Positions 39,945-51,153 of a DNA stretch of 64,000 nucleotides are shown here, piece by piece. The notes under the pieces were generated by a model. The model ran no database searches, was not told where the DNA came from, and saw only the letters and a program-made list of their open reading frames with translations. Every line of letters starts with the position of its first letter. The stretch's first letter is position 1. The stretch comes from an uncultured Methanoregulaceae archaeon (lineage in GTDB: Archaea; Halobacteriota; Methanomicrobia; Methanomicrobiales; Methanospirillaceae): positions 2,208,001 to 2,272,000 of the forward strand of contig CAVTTL010000001.1 of the NCBI GenBank assembly GCA_963737635.1, read 5' to 3'. The translations under genes were made by a program, and so were the position numbers.

Positions 39945-40589
39945 ATGGAAGCATCGATGAGCATAGATCGTAACGCAGAAAACTGGGAAAAGGATTACTC
40001 ACATCGGGGACGCATCTGGGGCGGCGCTATGCATCATCCTCTGCCACTCAGCGCCGGAGACCGTGTACTCGAACTTGGGTGCGGAAGCGGGAAGACCTGT
40101 AATTTATTATTGGAAAAAAAGTGCGAGATTATTGGAGTCGATTTCTCAGCTTCCGCACTACACCTGTGCAGATCTTACACACCGGAGAGAACGGAAGGAC
40201 ATTTTGTCCTCGCGGATGTCTGCGGCCTACCCTTTCCTGATGCATCGTTTGATGTCATCATCGCCTTCCATATCATCGGCCACCAGTCCGCCGAAGGACG
40301 TACGATCTGCGTTAATGAAGCCGCCCGGGTAATGAGAGATGGGGGAACCCTGTATTTTTCCGGTTTTTCCAAGGAGGACTTCCGTTCCGGTACTGGTAAT
40401 GAGGTTGAACCGGGCACCTTCATGCGGAAAAGCGGGATCGCCACCCACTACTTCTCTGAGGATGAAGTATTGGCACTTTTCCGGGGACTGATTCCCTGTG
40501 AATGTTTTACCCGGCACTGGACGATGAAAGTGCGCGGACATTTGCTTCCCCGTGCCGAGATTGCAGCCTCATTCAAGAAAAACTCCTAA
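39945..40589 (+). CDS. Class I SAM-dependent methyltransferase
   Basis: VLELGCGSG, GVDFS, LPFPDASFD. Confidence 0.92.
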   Translation: MEASMSIDRNAENWEKDYSHRGRIWGGAMHHPLPLSAGDRVLELGCGSGKTCNLLLEKKCEIIGVDFSASALHLCRSYTPERTEGHFVLADVCGLPFPDASFDVIIAFHIIGHQSAEGRTICVNEAARVMRDGGTLYFSGFSKEDFRSGTGNEVEPGTFMRKSGIATHYFSEDEVLALFRGLIPCECFTRHWTMKVRGHLLPRAEIAASFKKNS

Positions 40590-40681
40590 AATACCGGGCA
40601 TATCGTTAAATCAAGTCATAACAAGAAGGAATTATTAAATGGCGTAACAACCTTCTTTTCTTCCTCACGGGAAGTGATTGT

Positions 40682-41215
40682 ATGAAGAAACTATTCCTTC
40701 TTGTACTGTTTGTGTGTATCGCAATAGTCGGATGCGTCATGGCAGCAGTTCCTGCTGCCAACCAGACCCCCACCGTAAACGAAACAACGGCCCCGCAGCT
40801 TATCGGCGGAGACATGGGTACCTACCTTGTCACAGCAAACGTTAACGGGGCAAACGTCACCTTCGATTCGGATTACAAAGGTGTTATTACCGGTGGCCAG
40901 CTTGCTGTCAGCGTGTACACCACCGGTACCCCATACCGTATTATCACAGTCGAGGCTCCTGGCTATGCCATTTATTCTGCGAATATCACGCAGTACCCGG
41001 GGAAAAACGAGACCGTAGATATTCCGGTTACGCTGGTCCCGCTTGCTGCGGCCAACACCACCGTTCAGGCAAATGTGACTTCAATGGTAAGCCTTTCTCC
41101 AGAAATGACTACAGCTGCCGCGTCTCCGGCCCCCACCCAATCCGGTAGCCTGCCGTTTGCTGCCTGTGCAGCCTTTGTTGTCATCGGCATCTTCTCGATC
41201 CGATCACGGCGTTAA
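40682..41215 (+). CDS. Secreted PEGA-like surface protein with a C-terminal TM anchor
   Basis: Signal peptide; ANVNGANVTFD; PTQSGSLP-TM-RR. Confidence 0.75.
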   Translation: MKKLFLLVLFVCIAIVGCVMAAVPAANQTPTVNETTAPQLIGGDMGTYLVTANVNGANVTFDSDYKGVITGGQLAVSVYTTGTPYRIITVEAPGYAIYSANITQYPGKNETVDIPVTLVPLAAANTTVQANVTSMVSLSPEMTTAAASPAPTQSGSLPFAACAAFVVIGIFSIRSRR

Positions 41216-41380
41216 ATAAATCATCTTCTTTTTTCAAGTCCGTTCTGGCGAATCGGTGTTACGCTGGTGCCCAATGCTATTGATTGCGTATTAGTACCAC
41301 GGTCAGCCCGGTTTTTACTGCAGCTTATTGTCCCGTGTCCTATGTTGATATAGGCAGTTTGTCCAATATCTATACTATTC

Positions 41381-42037
41381 ATGCTAGAATCGCTCGCAGG
41401 CCTCATCTTTCATCTTGATCAGCACTTGGCTGGAGTTGTACACACTTACGGTATGTGGACCTACCTGCTGTTATTCTGCATCATTTTTTTTGAGACCGGG
41501 TTTGTCGTCACTCCGTTCTTACCCGGGGATTCCCTGCTCTTTGTTTCCGGGGCACTGGCTTCAGTCGGCATTCTGAACCTTAATCTCCTGATCCTAGCCT
41601 TTTTTCTTGGGGCTGTATGCGGTGATACGGTCAATTACTGGCTGGGTAACTTCATCGGAATCCACGTTTTTCAGGAACGGTTCCCGAATCTCATAAAAAA
41701 GGAGTATATTGACGATACCTATGCCTTTTTCGAGAAGTATGGAGGTACAACCGTCTTTGTCGCCCGGTTCGTGCCAGTAGTCCGGTCGTTCGCACCGTTT
41801 CTTGCCGGTGTCGGTACAATGGAGTATCACCGGTTCCTCTTTTATAATGTGCTCGGGGCGATCTCCTGGACGCTTACCGTGGTTCTTGCCGGGTATTACC
41901 TCGGAAGGCTTCCCATTGTGCGGGAGAATATGAATCTGCTCCTCCTCTTTGTAGTCATAGTGACCGCTGGGACGATCCTCCTTCTCATTGCCGGGCTCAT
42001 TAATTCATACCTGCATAAGAAACAGCATGAGCACTAA
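41381..42037 (+). CDS. dedA: DedA-family membrane protein
   Basis: FFETG...PFLPGDSLLF, GDTVNYWLG, ARFVPVVRSFAP. Confidence 0.93.
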   Translation: MLESLAGLIFHLDQHLAGVVHTYGMWTYLLLFCIIFFETGFVVTPFLPGDSLLFVSGALASVGILNLNLLILAFFLGAVCGDTVNYWLGNFIGIHVFQERFPNLIKKEYIDDTYAFFEKYGGTTVFVARFVPVVRSFAPFLAGVGTMEYHRFLFYNVLGAISWTLTVVLAGYYLGRLPIVRENMNLLLLFVVIVTAGTILLLIAGLINSYLHKKQHEH

Positions 42038-42146
42038 TGGTATGGGCTTACCGGTTTCGTATCAATCAATATCCTCTATGTGACCCTGTTTTTCAAACTT
42101 CAAAAAATAAGACATTTGTTCCTCATTCCTGAGGTGAACGCTTGGC

Positions 42147-43226
42147 CTATTTTCCGAAGGTTACAATCATACCGTTATTATCAACTTTTGTCGCAATCGC
42201 GATTTCAAGCCCGATAGGCGAAAGAATCTTCTGGATCTCTCTGCGATTCCTGCTCGTCACGATTGCTATTGAAGGACCCACAGAACTCATGCCGACGAAC
42301 TCGAGACCGGTTTCCCGCAGCATGCTCATATACTGGTAGATCCGGTAACTGTGGTGCTCGACTTCCGCCCGTTTTGAACCTCTAAATTCGATTTCCCAGA
42401 CAACATCCCCAATCTTTCTTAAATCGCCACGTTCGAGCGCCGGAATAAAATCCATCATGAGGAAATATGCCTTGAGTTCCCGGTCCCGGTAATCAAGCGT
42501 GCGGGCCCGGTTCATGAGAAGGTCAAACTCTTTTGTACCTGCCGACGAGATATCCGTAGGCGGCACGACAATAAAGACATTCTTTCCTTCTGCAAACGTA
42601 TGGTGGTATACGATGACGAGTTCATCGCCCATCACCGCCATGCCCCCGTGAGTGCTTGCTGCCGGCCCGACGCCGGTCTCAAAGCCAAACGCTATGGTGC
42701 CCTCTGCGGTCTCTTCGACGTAATTATGGCCGATGAGTTGGCGGAGCTCAGCATTCGAGAGCGGGGCACCAACCGCTTCATTTAAAGCGGTTGCCACTGC
42801 GATCATTACCGTACTTGTCGACCCGAGGCCGACATGCTTACGTTCGTGATCGGTCGCTTTTATCCTGAAACCACCAGTGTAGCCGACGGCTTTGTTAAAG
42901 ACTGCGACAAAGTTTTCGATAATGGCTGACCGGTTGTAATCGATCACCAGTCCCTGCCGGGTGCATTCAACCTCTGCGGTACAGTAGCACTGGATCGCAA
43001 AACCGATGCCTCCTCCCCCGGCATGATCCGGGGCAAACCGGTTCATGTCAAGTACGGAAAGATGGATCCGGGCCGGTGCTTTTACTATAACTTTCCCTTT
43101 TTTCGGATGCAGCCGGTACGTATTCTTTTCAAGGTCAAGCGTTTTTGTGATCTCACCGGGAAGGAATGTCCGGAACTCGTATTCTACGAGATCGAGATCG
43201 CCACCGCGTATCATCATAACGGGCAT
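42147..43226 (-). CDS. GHMP-kinase-superfamily protein related to beta-RFA-P synthase
   Basis: PARIHLSVLD, GGIGFA, HVGLGS, GMSSVGP. Confidence 0.75.
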   Translation of the reverse strand: MPVMMIRGGDLDLVEYEFRTFLPGEITKTLDLEKNTYRLHPKKGKVIVKAPARIHLSVLDMNRFAPDHAGGGGIGFAIQCYCTAEVECTRQGLVIDYNRSAIIENFVAVFNKAVGYTGGFRIKATDHERKHVGLGSTSTVMIAVATALNEAVGAPLSNAELRQLIGHNYVEETAEGTIAFGFETGVGPAASTHGGMAVMGDELVIVYHHTFAEGKNVFIVVPPTDISSAGTKEFDLLMNRARTLDYRDRELKAYFLMMDFIPALERGDLRKIGDVVWEIEFRGSKRAEVEHHSYRIYQYMSMLRETGLEFVGMSSVGPSIAIVTSRNRREIQKILSPIGLEIAIATKVDNNGMIVTFGK

Positions 43227-43439
43227 TGTCTGTCACCGGTTATGATCCTTCTAGCAAAGAAAATGTTTCGATTTCATCCGGTGAAAAGAAGTGCCAACCA
43301 AACCTGATGACCGTTAACGAAGTCTTTATTGATGTTTCACGGATAGAAAAGTTCCTGTTGTATTTATATTTCAGTACGGGTTAACCGATGGTAGACACGG
43401 AGATCTTTGTCTTCGTTTATTATGCGGGGGTGGGGAAGG

Positions 43440-44625
43440 ATGATGAAAAAGACCGTCATGGATGTTGACGTTCGTGGGAAACGGGTACTTATGCGGGCAG
43501 ATTTCAACGTCCCCCTCAGCCCCGACGGAAAGATAGATGACGATAGCCGGATCCGGGCATGTCTTCCCACGATAACGTATCTTGTCAATCAATCCGCCCG
43601 CGTAATCCTCTGTTCCCATTTGGGGAGACCTCACGGAAGGGTAGACGATCGCCTGCGTTTGGGACCGGTAGCCCGGCGGATGTCAGAACTACTTGAAAGA
43701 CCGGTCATATCGCTGCGGGAAGCTATTGGGCCTGATGTCGAGCGAACCGTATCCAGTATGCAGGATGGCGATCTTGTTCTTCTGGAAAACCTGAGATTTT
43801 ACCCCGGGGAAGAAGAAAATGATCCCGGTTTTGCCAAAGACCTTTCCCGCTTGGGAGATCTTTTTGTGAACGACGCCTTTGGTGCGAGCCACCGGGCACA
43901 TGCATCCGTTGTCGGCATCGCTCAATTCCTTCCCTGCGTCACCGGTCTTCTCATGGAAAAGGAGATCGAACAGCTCGAGTAGTCTCTTTGAAAAACCTGC
44001 CCGACCTTTTGCGGTCATCCTTGGCGGGGCAAAAGTAGAAGAAAAGATCGGGATTCTCGAAAATATTATTCCCAAAGTAGATCTCGTCCTTGTTGGCGGG
44101 GGAGCGGCTGCCACGTTTTTGAAGATACAAGGGTATCCTACCGGAAATTCCCCGGTGGAACCTGATACGATGAAGGTTGTCGAAGTAATTTTGAAAAAAG
44201 CGGTGGCCCGCGGTGTACGGATCCTAATTCCTGAAGATATAGTCGTCACCGAAAAACCGGAACCGGGTGCGAGTTCAATGATAGTACGATCAGACCAGAT
44301 CCCTCGCGATTATGGTATCGCAGATATCGGCCCTCATACCATTGCAACGTTTATAAAAGAGCTCGGGCAATGCCGGACCGTGGCATGGAACGGTCCGATG
44401 GGCATGTTTGAGATCCCGCAGTTTTCGAATGGAACAAAATCCATTGCATCGGCTCTTGCCGATCTCAGGGCCACTACGGTCATTGGAGGAGGATCAACAG
44501 CCGAAGCCGTAACCCAGTTCGGGCTTGCAGAGAGGATGACCCATGTCTCTACCGGCGGAGGTGCTTTTCTCCGATTTCTTTCCGGGAAAGCCCTGCCCGG
44601 GATTGAAGTTCTCGCAAACAAGTAG
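43440..44625 (+). CDS. pgk: Phosphoglycerate kinase (bacterial-like); +1 frameshift ~43978
   Basis: RADFNVP, SHLGRP, LENLRF, NDAFG; second frame [21 protein letters not shown]. Confidence 0.92.
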
Positions 44626-44727
44626 GAAATGCATCATCTCTCGAGATTATCTGGCGAATGGGCTGCGGAAAAACAGAGAAATCACAAATCCAGAAATCAC
44701 TAGTTATGCCGGAATATGCGGCTTCGC

Positions 44728-46098
44728 TTACTTCGCTTCAATCTGCATTGCCGGATCAGCGTCCCGAATTATCTGCAGGACCTCGGATATCCGTTTGTCC
44801 ATGCATCCTTTTGTATCAGCTTCAAGGTTAAGCCGGATGAGTGGTTCTGTATTGGAAGGTCTGATGTTAAACCACCATGAAGGATATTCCATGGTAAGCC
44901 CGTCAAGGGTATCGGTCTGTGCATCAGGAAACGCGGCTCTGAGAGCTGCGACGATTGAATCGCGCTTGTTCACCCGTATGTTGATTTCTCCGGTCGAGGA
45001 ATATTTTTTCAAGGGAGATAAAAGCAATGAAAGCGGCTGGTTTTCTACCGAAAGCAGGTTGACCATTTGAGCCATGGCGAAGATGCCATTGTCGCAGAAC
45101 CCCATGTCACGGAAGTAGTAGTGGCCCGAAAGTTCACCTGCAAACAGGGCATTTTCCTGCCGCATCTGTTCCTTAATGAATGCATGACCCACCCGGCAGC
45201 GGATCGCTCGCCCGCCAAGACGTGAAACCGTCTCGGCAACTACACGGCTCGAGCGCAGGTCATAGAGGAATGTTGCACCAGGCTCTCGGGCGAGATACTG
45301 TTGTGCGATCAGGGCGGTGACGAGGTCGGAAGGAATCCTTTCTCCCCGTTCATCGACAAAGATGCACCTGTCTGCATCCCCGTCAAATGCAACCCCGAAG
45401 TCTGCACCCGAGTTCAGGACCATCCCTTTGAGTTCATCCGTTGCAGAGTCGAGGAACGGGTTTGCACCGTGATGGGGGAAATTGCCATCGGGATCAAGGT
45501 TTACTGCCACCGGAGCAAGTGAGGGAAATTTCAAAAAAAACTGTCGGATTTCCGGTCCTGCCATTCCATCCCCGGCGTCGATAGCGATAGTCAGAGGTCT
45601 TGGGTTGTGAATGAAGCTTGCGACGGTATCGACGTAGGAACCGGTCAGATTTCCAGTTCTGTACGAACCGGAAGAAGGGAGATCCGATGCCCGTCCTGAT
45701 CCGTCCATCTCTGCCACCATACGCTCGAGTGCAGGAAGCCCCTCATCTCCCGAAAGGGGGATCGCCTGTTCACGACAGAGCTTGATACCATTTGTCTCCG
45801 GGGGAAGGTGAGACGCGGTTATCATCGCGCCGCCATTGAACTTCCCTTCGATGATGGAATAATATAGGAGTGGAGAGCTGGTCAGGCCAAAATCGGTTAC
45901 TGTGCCTCCTGACCCGACGTATCCCCGGATAAACGCGGATGCGAGAGCCGGTGAGGAAGGGCGACAGTCTCTTCCAACTGCAATTGAGCCTGATCTCATA
46001 AGGTCTGCAAAAGCGGCACCGATCTTTTCGGCAGATGTTTCATCCAGTTCGCCAGGGTACGAACCCCGGACATCATATGCTTTGAAAATGCCGGTCAT
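44728..46098 (-). CDS. Phosphomannomutase/phosphoglucomutase
   Basis: IFKAYDVRG, ITASH, FDGDADR, GELSGH, RPSNTEP. Confidence 0.95.
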   Translation of the reverse strand: MTGIFKAYDVRGSYPGELDETSAEKIGAAFADLMRSGSIAVGRDCRPSSPALASAFIRGYVGSGGTVTDFGLTSSPLLYYSIIEGKFNGGAMITASHLPPETNGIKLCREQAIPLSGDEGLPALERMVAEMDGSGRASDLPSSGSYRTGNLTGSYVDTVASFIHNPRPLTIAIDAGDGMAGPEIRQFFLKFPSLAPVAVNLDPDGNFPHHGANPFLDSATDELKGMVLNSGADFGVAFDGDADRCIFVDERGERIPSDLVTALIAQQYLAREPGATFLYDLRSSRVVAETVSRLGGRAIRCRVGHAFIKEQMRQENALFAGELSGHYYFRDMGFCDNGIFAMAQMVNLLSVENQPLSLLLSPLKKYSSTGEINIRVNKRDSIVAALRAAFPDAQTDTLDGLTMEYPSWWFNIRPSNTEPLIRLNLEADTKGCMDKRISEVLQIIRDADPAMQIEAK

Positions 46099-46127
46099 AA
46101 TTATATCCTGTTCACCAAGTTCGTCCT

Positions 46128-46884
46128 TTATTCCTTATTGGATGCTGCGGCCTGATCAGCTACCGATTCAGTTGCACGCCGAATCTCCTCTTTGTTTCCC
46201 AGATAGTAGTGACGGACCGGGTGCAGGGATTCATCAAGATCATAAACCAAAGGAAAGCCTGTTGGGATGTTTAGCCCGGTAATCTCGTCATCCGGGACTC
46301 CATCGAGATACTTGACGAGGGCACGGATGCTGTTACCATGAGCGGATAGTATGACACGTTTCCCGTCAACCACAGTGGGAGCAATGAACCCTTCCCAGTA
46401 CGGCACCACCCGTTTCAGCGTATCTTCCAATGATTCTGTGGTGGGGAGTTCGTCTGTTTTCAGACTTGAATATCGCGGGTCAAAGCGCGGGTGCCGGGGA
46501 TCGTTTCCGGCAAGTGCCGGTGGCCGGATGGCGTACCCCCGGCGCCACGCATGAACCTGTTCCTTCCCGAACTTCTCGGTCATCTCCCGTTTATCCATCC
46601 CCTGCAGGGCACCGTAATGCCGTTCATTCAACCGCCACGAATGATATATGGGGAGGTACATCAGGTCCATGTCATCCAGGACGATCCACAGGGTCCGGAT
46701 CGCCCGCCTGAGCATTGAGGTGTAGGAAATATCAAACGAAAAACCGGCATCCTTGAGGAGGCCGGCAGCCCGGTGAGATTCTTCCTTTCCCTGATCTGAT
46801 AGGTCAACGTCGGTCCAACCGGTGAACCGGTTCTCCCGTTCCAAGGTACTCTCGCCGTGACGCAGCAGTACCGATTGTGAACAT
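46128..46884 (-). CDS. gpmA: 2,3-BPG-dependent phosphoglycerate mutase; frameshift ~46871
   Basis: [44 protein letters not shown]. Confidence 0.92.
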
Positions 46885-47066
46885 TCCGGCCCTCGTTTAA
46901 ATTATTGATATTTTAGACAGTGTAACGTTGTTATGAGATAATAAATATCCTCGTATAATTCTATGGAAACCGGTTTAAAACGGGGATTGGTTCATTTAAA
47001 CTCACTTTAAAAGGAGTGTTTTTTTACACACTACCACAGTGATAAATGACACGGGATCCGATGAAA

Positions 47067-47624
47067 TTACTTTACAACACGATCGAAGAAGATGTTCTTC
47101 CCCGATACCGAGAGCGGGATTGCATAAGCGACGGTACAGTCTTTCCCTAACAATCCAAGATCCAGAGCAACCGATCCGGCTGTGTACATGATCCGGTTAT
47201 CCACATTGTGTACCTGGGCAGTCTTTGCCGCTGAGCCGACTGCTATTCCCAGATCCGCCATCCTCACCGCGCAGTTAGGACCGGCAAAGGGTGTTGTGCG
47301 TTTTCTTGCCGTGCGGGTTGCCTTTGTAAATGCAGCACAGGTAGCATACCCGCATGCCCCGCAATTTATCCCCACAGCAACTTTGCCACAGACCCCGATA
47401 ATCAGGCAGGCATCGCTAGTGGCAACATTTTTCGCATCGCGCAAGAAGAAACCCAGTCCTTGTTTTGTGCCGAACTCCGTCATTGCCAAAGAGAGTTTCT
47501 TTTTCTGCGCTGTTGTGAGCAAAGTAATGAGAATCTCGTCCTGCCCCTTTGCTTTGGGTGCGGTGCGGGCTGCAAGGGCCATAAGACCGGCGACTCTGGT
47601 CACTGCAGTTTTCTCAATAGTCAT
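47067..47624 (-). CDS. DUF2148-type ferredoxin-like domain protein
   Basis: AARTAPK, NCGACGYATC, DLGIAVGSA, VDNRIM. Confidence 0.85.
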   Translation of the reverse strand: MTIEKTAVTRVAGLMALAARTAPKAKGQDEILITLLTTAQKKKLSLAMTEFGTKQGLGFFLRDAKNVATSDACLIIGVCGKVAVGINCGACGYATCAAFTKATRTARKRTTPFAGPNCAVRMADLGIAVGSAAKTAQVHNVDNRIMYTAGSVALDLGLLGKDCTVAYAIPLSVSGKNIFFDRVVK

Positions 47625-47675
47625 ACGTGAGTATGAGAAGTTCCGGGAAGATAAAGAGAAGGGATGGCCCGGAAT

Positions 47676-48092
47676 CTAAACCCGGAATGCGACACCGTCA
47701 AACAGGGCAATCGTTTTCTCGCCTTCGTATACGATGACGCGATATGTCTCGCAGGATCCGTTCGAGGCAATACGCTCTGCAACCGCAACAAGCTGGCCCC
47801 GGGCAGGTGCAATATACTGGATATGCACGGAGATGGCTGTATAGTAGTCTTTGCCGCAATTGGATGCAATGCCAAAAGCGTGGTCGGCAAGAGAGAAAAC
47901 AGCTCCGCCATGCGCGATGCCGTGCGGGTTAGACTTTCCTATACAATCCATCTCGACACGTGCATAACCGTCACGGGCCTCGGTAATATGCATACCCAGC
48001 AACCGGCCAAACTCGCTTTTTTCGAATGACATGATCGTATCGTTTTTAGATCCCAGGAGTTGTTTCTCCGGCAATTTTCGAGTCCCGGTCAT
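47676..48092 (-). CDS. PaaI-family thioesterase
   Basis: NPHGIAHGGAVFSLADHAFG hotdog motif; start uncertain. Confidence 0.9.
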   Translation of the reverse strand: MTGTRKLPEKQLLGSKNDTIMSFEKSEFGRLLGMHITEARDGYARVEMDCIGKSNPHGIAHGGAVFSLADHAFGIASNCGKDYYTAISVHIQYIAPARGQLVAVAERIASNGSCETYRVIVYEGEKTIALFDGVAFRV

Positions 48093-48469
48093 GGAATCCC
48101 TACCCAAAGAACATACCTCATCCGTATCTCATGCTTCGATATACTTTCACGTTTGTCGCTTCGAGACAATTTCTATTGGTATTGATTACTCTTTGGCAAT
48201 TCGAATCTGTCTTTTCACGCACAGAATGATCTTTGATAAATCGAGATAAATAACAGTGCTCTGGACGCATCTTCGATTTATATCTATTTTCCCCATGTTA
48301 CTTGTTCTTGTGATTCCGGTGAGAGAGAGGGATCTCCGATACCAAAAAGAGACCCATCATATTTCCTTCACCAATTCTTCGCTTCAATATGACTGATTTC
48401 ATTCCTCCGGGATGTCAGCCTCACTATCTGAGAAAACGATCCGCATGTTAGGCCCATCCTACTCTGCTG

Positions 48470-48570
48470 TTATCGCAATCTGAGTGGAATCAACAATATC
48501 GGCACTGAACCGCTTATCCTTTTCCAGAAAGAGTTTCCCTAGTTCAAGGAGGTTCATCACCAATATAGAG
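48470..48570 (-). pseudogene. Degraded receiver-domain fragment
   Basis: LYIGDEP then frameshifted LLELGKLFLEKDKRFSADIVDS, then a stop. Confidence 0.35.
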
Positions 48571-48593
48571 CCGAAGTCTACCGGATGATGATT

Positions 48594-48995
48594 CTATTGT
48601 CGGATCGGACTCTCTGAATGAGCTGCTGAAATAATTGACCGTATTGTCGTTTCGAGCCCATCAAGATTAAAATAAGAGTCAGGAATTTTCGGAACAAGAG
48701 CAACCCGGCCATACCGTATAAGATCATCTTCCGGAATGAGATTTTGCCCTATCCTGAAAAAAACAAAGGGCACCATGTTCCCTTTCTGTCTTATGTTGCG
48801 AAGGAGAGCAATACCGGCTGATTCTCTGGAGATATAATTGGTAACAATGGCGTCAAAGGAAATATACTCCATTTTCCGCATCGCCTCTTCAACAGAGTAT
48901 GATGTTTCAATCAGGATATCTCCCCCCCGCTCAAGAAAACTCCTGGCGGTATCCTCTAAAGGCGATTCTTCATCAACATAAAGTACGAAAATCAC
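48594..48995 (-). CDS. Single-domain response-regulator-like (pseudo-receiver) protein
   Basis: VLYVDEE...FDAIVTNY, with Asn at the usual phosphoacceptor Asp position. Confidence 0.75.
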   Translation of the reverse strand: MIFVLYVDEESPLEDTARSFLERGGDILIETSYSVEEAMRKMEYISFDAIVTNYISRESAGIALLRNIRQKGNMVPFVFFRIGQNLIPEDDLIRYGRVALVPKIPDSYFNLDGLETTIRSIISAAHSESPIRQ

Positions 48996-49115
48996 GAATA
49001 ATCACCCGTTTAGGTCCACAATTCTCCGGATTGAAAAAGATTAATTTTCCTCTATTTGTTCAGAGATCTTTTCCAATCCGTCAGAGTCAAACTACGAAAC
49101 CAGCCTGTAAAACGT

Positions 49116-49655
49116 TCAGATTGACGTATCCACATCTTCCAACAGCTGCTTGATATCGATCCAGATGATCAGTTCGTTCTTCTCTTTGTCTTTGACCTTT
49201 ACTTTCCTCTTGATAATTCCAATGATAGCCGTGTCTTCCTTGCTCACGGATGCAGATGTGTAATCTACCTGATTTGCTTCAAATGTCGAAACCGATGTAA
49301 CATCGTCGACGAGGATTCCGATCTTTGTACCGGTAATCTTATCGTCGAGAACGATAATTCGCGATGATTCAGCTGCTACTTTGCTGTTCTCTGTGATGTT
49401 GAGTCGTTGTTTGAGATCGATGATAGTCGTGATCTCGCCCCGGAGATCGATGATCCCTTTTATGTATAATGGCACGTTGGGAAGTTTGGTAATCGTGGTG
49501 TATTCAACGACTTCCTTGACATCAAACAGATCGATGGCAAAGAGCTCCTGGCCCAGGACAAACTCGACGATCTGGATGCTGCCCTGCCGTTTCCTGGTTG
49601 TAACCTCTGGAGTGGGGTCTTGCGCAACCTGTGGCTCACTTGGTTTTGCCGCCAT
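49116..49655 (-). CDS. cheW: Chemotaxis coupling protein CheW
   Basis: FAIDLFDVKEVV, ITKLPNVP.YIKGIIDLRGEI, GILVDDV. Confidence 0.95.
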   Translation of the reverse strand: MAAKPSEPQVAQDPTPEVTTRKRQGSIQIVEFVLGQELFAIDLFDVKEVVEYTTITKLPNVPLYIKGIIDLRGEITTIIDLKQRLNITENSKVAAESSRIIVLDDKITGTKIGILVDDVTSVSTFEANQVDYTSASVSKEDTAIIGIIKRKVKVKDKEKNELIIWIDIKQLLEDVDTSI

Positions 49656-49669
49656 GATAACGCCCCGGG

Positions 49670-51148
49670 TTAATTCACCTTGAATTTCTTGTTCGCTTCC
49701 ATTGCCTCGATCGCGATTTTGTCAACGGTTTCCATCATCCGGGTGATCTCGTCCAACGCGGCTGATGACTCTTCGGTTGCTGCTGCAGCATCGCCTGCTT
49801 CCTTTGCAGTTTGTTCTACCAAGCTTGCGACCTCGCTGACACTTGCCGTTATCTCTTCCGTCGTTGCAGCCTGCTCCTCAGTAGCTGCCGCAACTTCCGT
49901 CGCACTCGCAGCCACCTTTTCGATAGCGGACGCAATCTTGTTGAAGGACTGCAGCGTTTCGGTCACCATCTTCGAACCCTGTTCGACCGTCCCTTTCGCG
50001 TCGTTCATCGCAGCTGATGCGTTCTGGGTGCTCTTTTTGAGAGAGGCGATCATCTCTTCGATCCGCTCAGCTGAGTTGCGGGATTCCTGAGCCAGCGATT
50101 TCACTTCAGTGGCGACGACCGCAAAACCACGCCCTGCATCTCCGGCGCGTGCCGCTTCGATCGCAGCATTGAGCGCCAGCAGGTTTGTCTGGTTGGCCAG
50201 TTCGCGGATAAGTATGACAATCTTAGAGATTTCGCCCATCTGTGACTCCACCTCGGTTACAATCTCGTAGACTTTTGCTGATGAGGTAGAGATCTCAGCC
50301 ATACTCTTCTCTGCCTTCCCGGCGAGCTCAGCACCGGAATGGGAAAGGTCGTTCGTCTGCTTGGAAAGCGTTGAGACCGATTCCATGCTCGATGTAATTT
50401 CTTCGACGGCTGCGCTCATATCCTGCATCGCTTTCGCAATCTGATCCACACTCTGGGAGACTTTTTCTGCGTTGCTGCTGACTTTGCTCGCATTCTGGGC
50501 GATCTGTTGGACACCTTTAGAGCCCTCTTCAACACTGTGGGTCGCATTATCTGCCGTCGTGACCAGATTCTGCATCTTCTTGTTGACATCAGCGATATTG
50601 TTTTCAAGATTGACAACAATCGCTCGGACTGCATCTCTGACTTTAATAATCTGATCATGGGTCTCTTTTGTGTCTTCGTCAGGTTGCGATATTGTGTACC
50701 TCGGTGTTAGGTCCCCGGATGCCATTATCGCATAGACCTTTGCCATTTCATCAATCTCATGGGACATATACTCCTGAACTTTGACTATCTTCGTGACTTC
50801 GTTGTATGTGAGATAGAGGTACTTCACATCGCCTTTTTCATTCAGCAGCGGGATGTTCGTCCTGACCACGACATGCAATCCGGAAGGCGTTTCAATAGTA
50901 CTCTGTCCAACGGTTGTCCGCCGGCCATTGATTGCATCAGTCACCGATTCACCAGAGTCCTTAAGGTACTTCATCATTCCCTGTGCCCGGAAATCGGAGT
51001 ACTTTATCGCAAGCAGTCGATCCTTATTGTACCCGACCAGCTTGCTGAATGCATCGTTCACCATGACAAACTTAAGATTGGCATCCACAACTGCATGAGC
51101 CAGTGGATTCCTCTCAAACATTTCTGTTAATTCCTGTAACTCAACCAT
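49670..51148 (-). CDS. Soluble methyl-accepting chemotaxis protein with an N-terminal PAS domain
   Basis: [27 protein letters not shown]; no TM; PAS-like N-terminus. Confidence 0.95.
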   Translation of the reverse strand: MVELQELTEMFERNPLAHAVVDANLKFVMVNDAFSKLVGYNKDRLLAIKYSDFRAQGMMKYLKDSGESVTDAINGRRTTVGQSTIETPSGLHVVVRTNIPLLNEKGDVKYLYLTYNEVTKIVKVQEYMSHEIDEMAKVYAIMASGDLTPRYTISQPDEDTKETHDQIIKVRDAVRAIVVNLENNIADVNKKMQNLVTTADNATHSVEEGSKGVQQIAQNASKVSSNAEKVSQSVDQIAKAMQDMSAAVEEITSSMESVSTLSKQTNDLSHSGAELAGKAEKSMAEISTSSAKVYEIVTEVESQMGEISKIVILIRELANQTNLLALNAAIEAARAGDAGRGFAVVATEVKSLAQESRNSAERIEEMIASLKKSTQNASAAMNDAKGTVEQGSKMVTETLQSFNKIASAIEKVAASATEVAAATEEQAATTEEITASVSEVASLVEQTAKEAGDAAAATEESSAALDEITRMMETVDKIAIEAMEANKKFKVN

Positions 51149-51153
51149 GTTTT

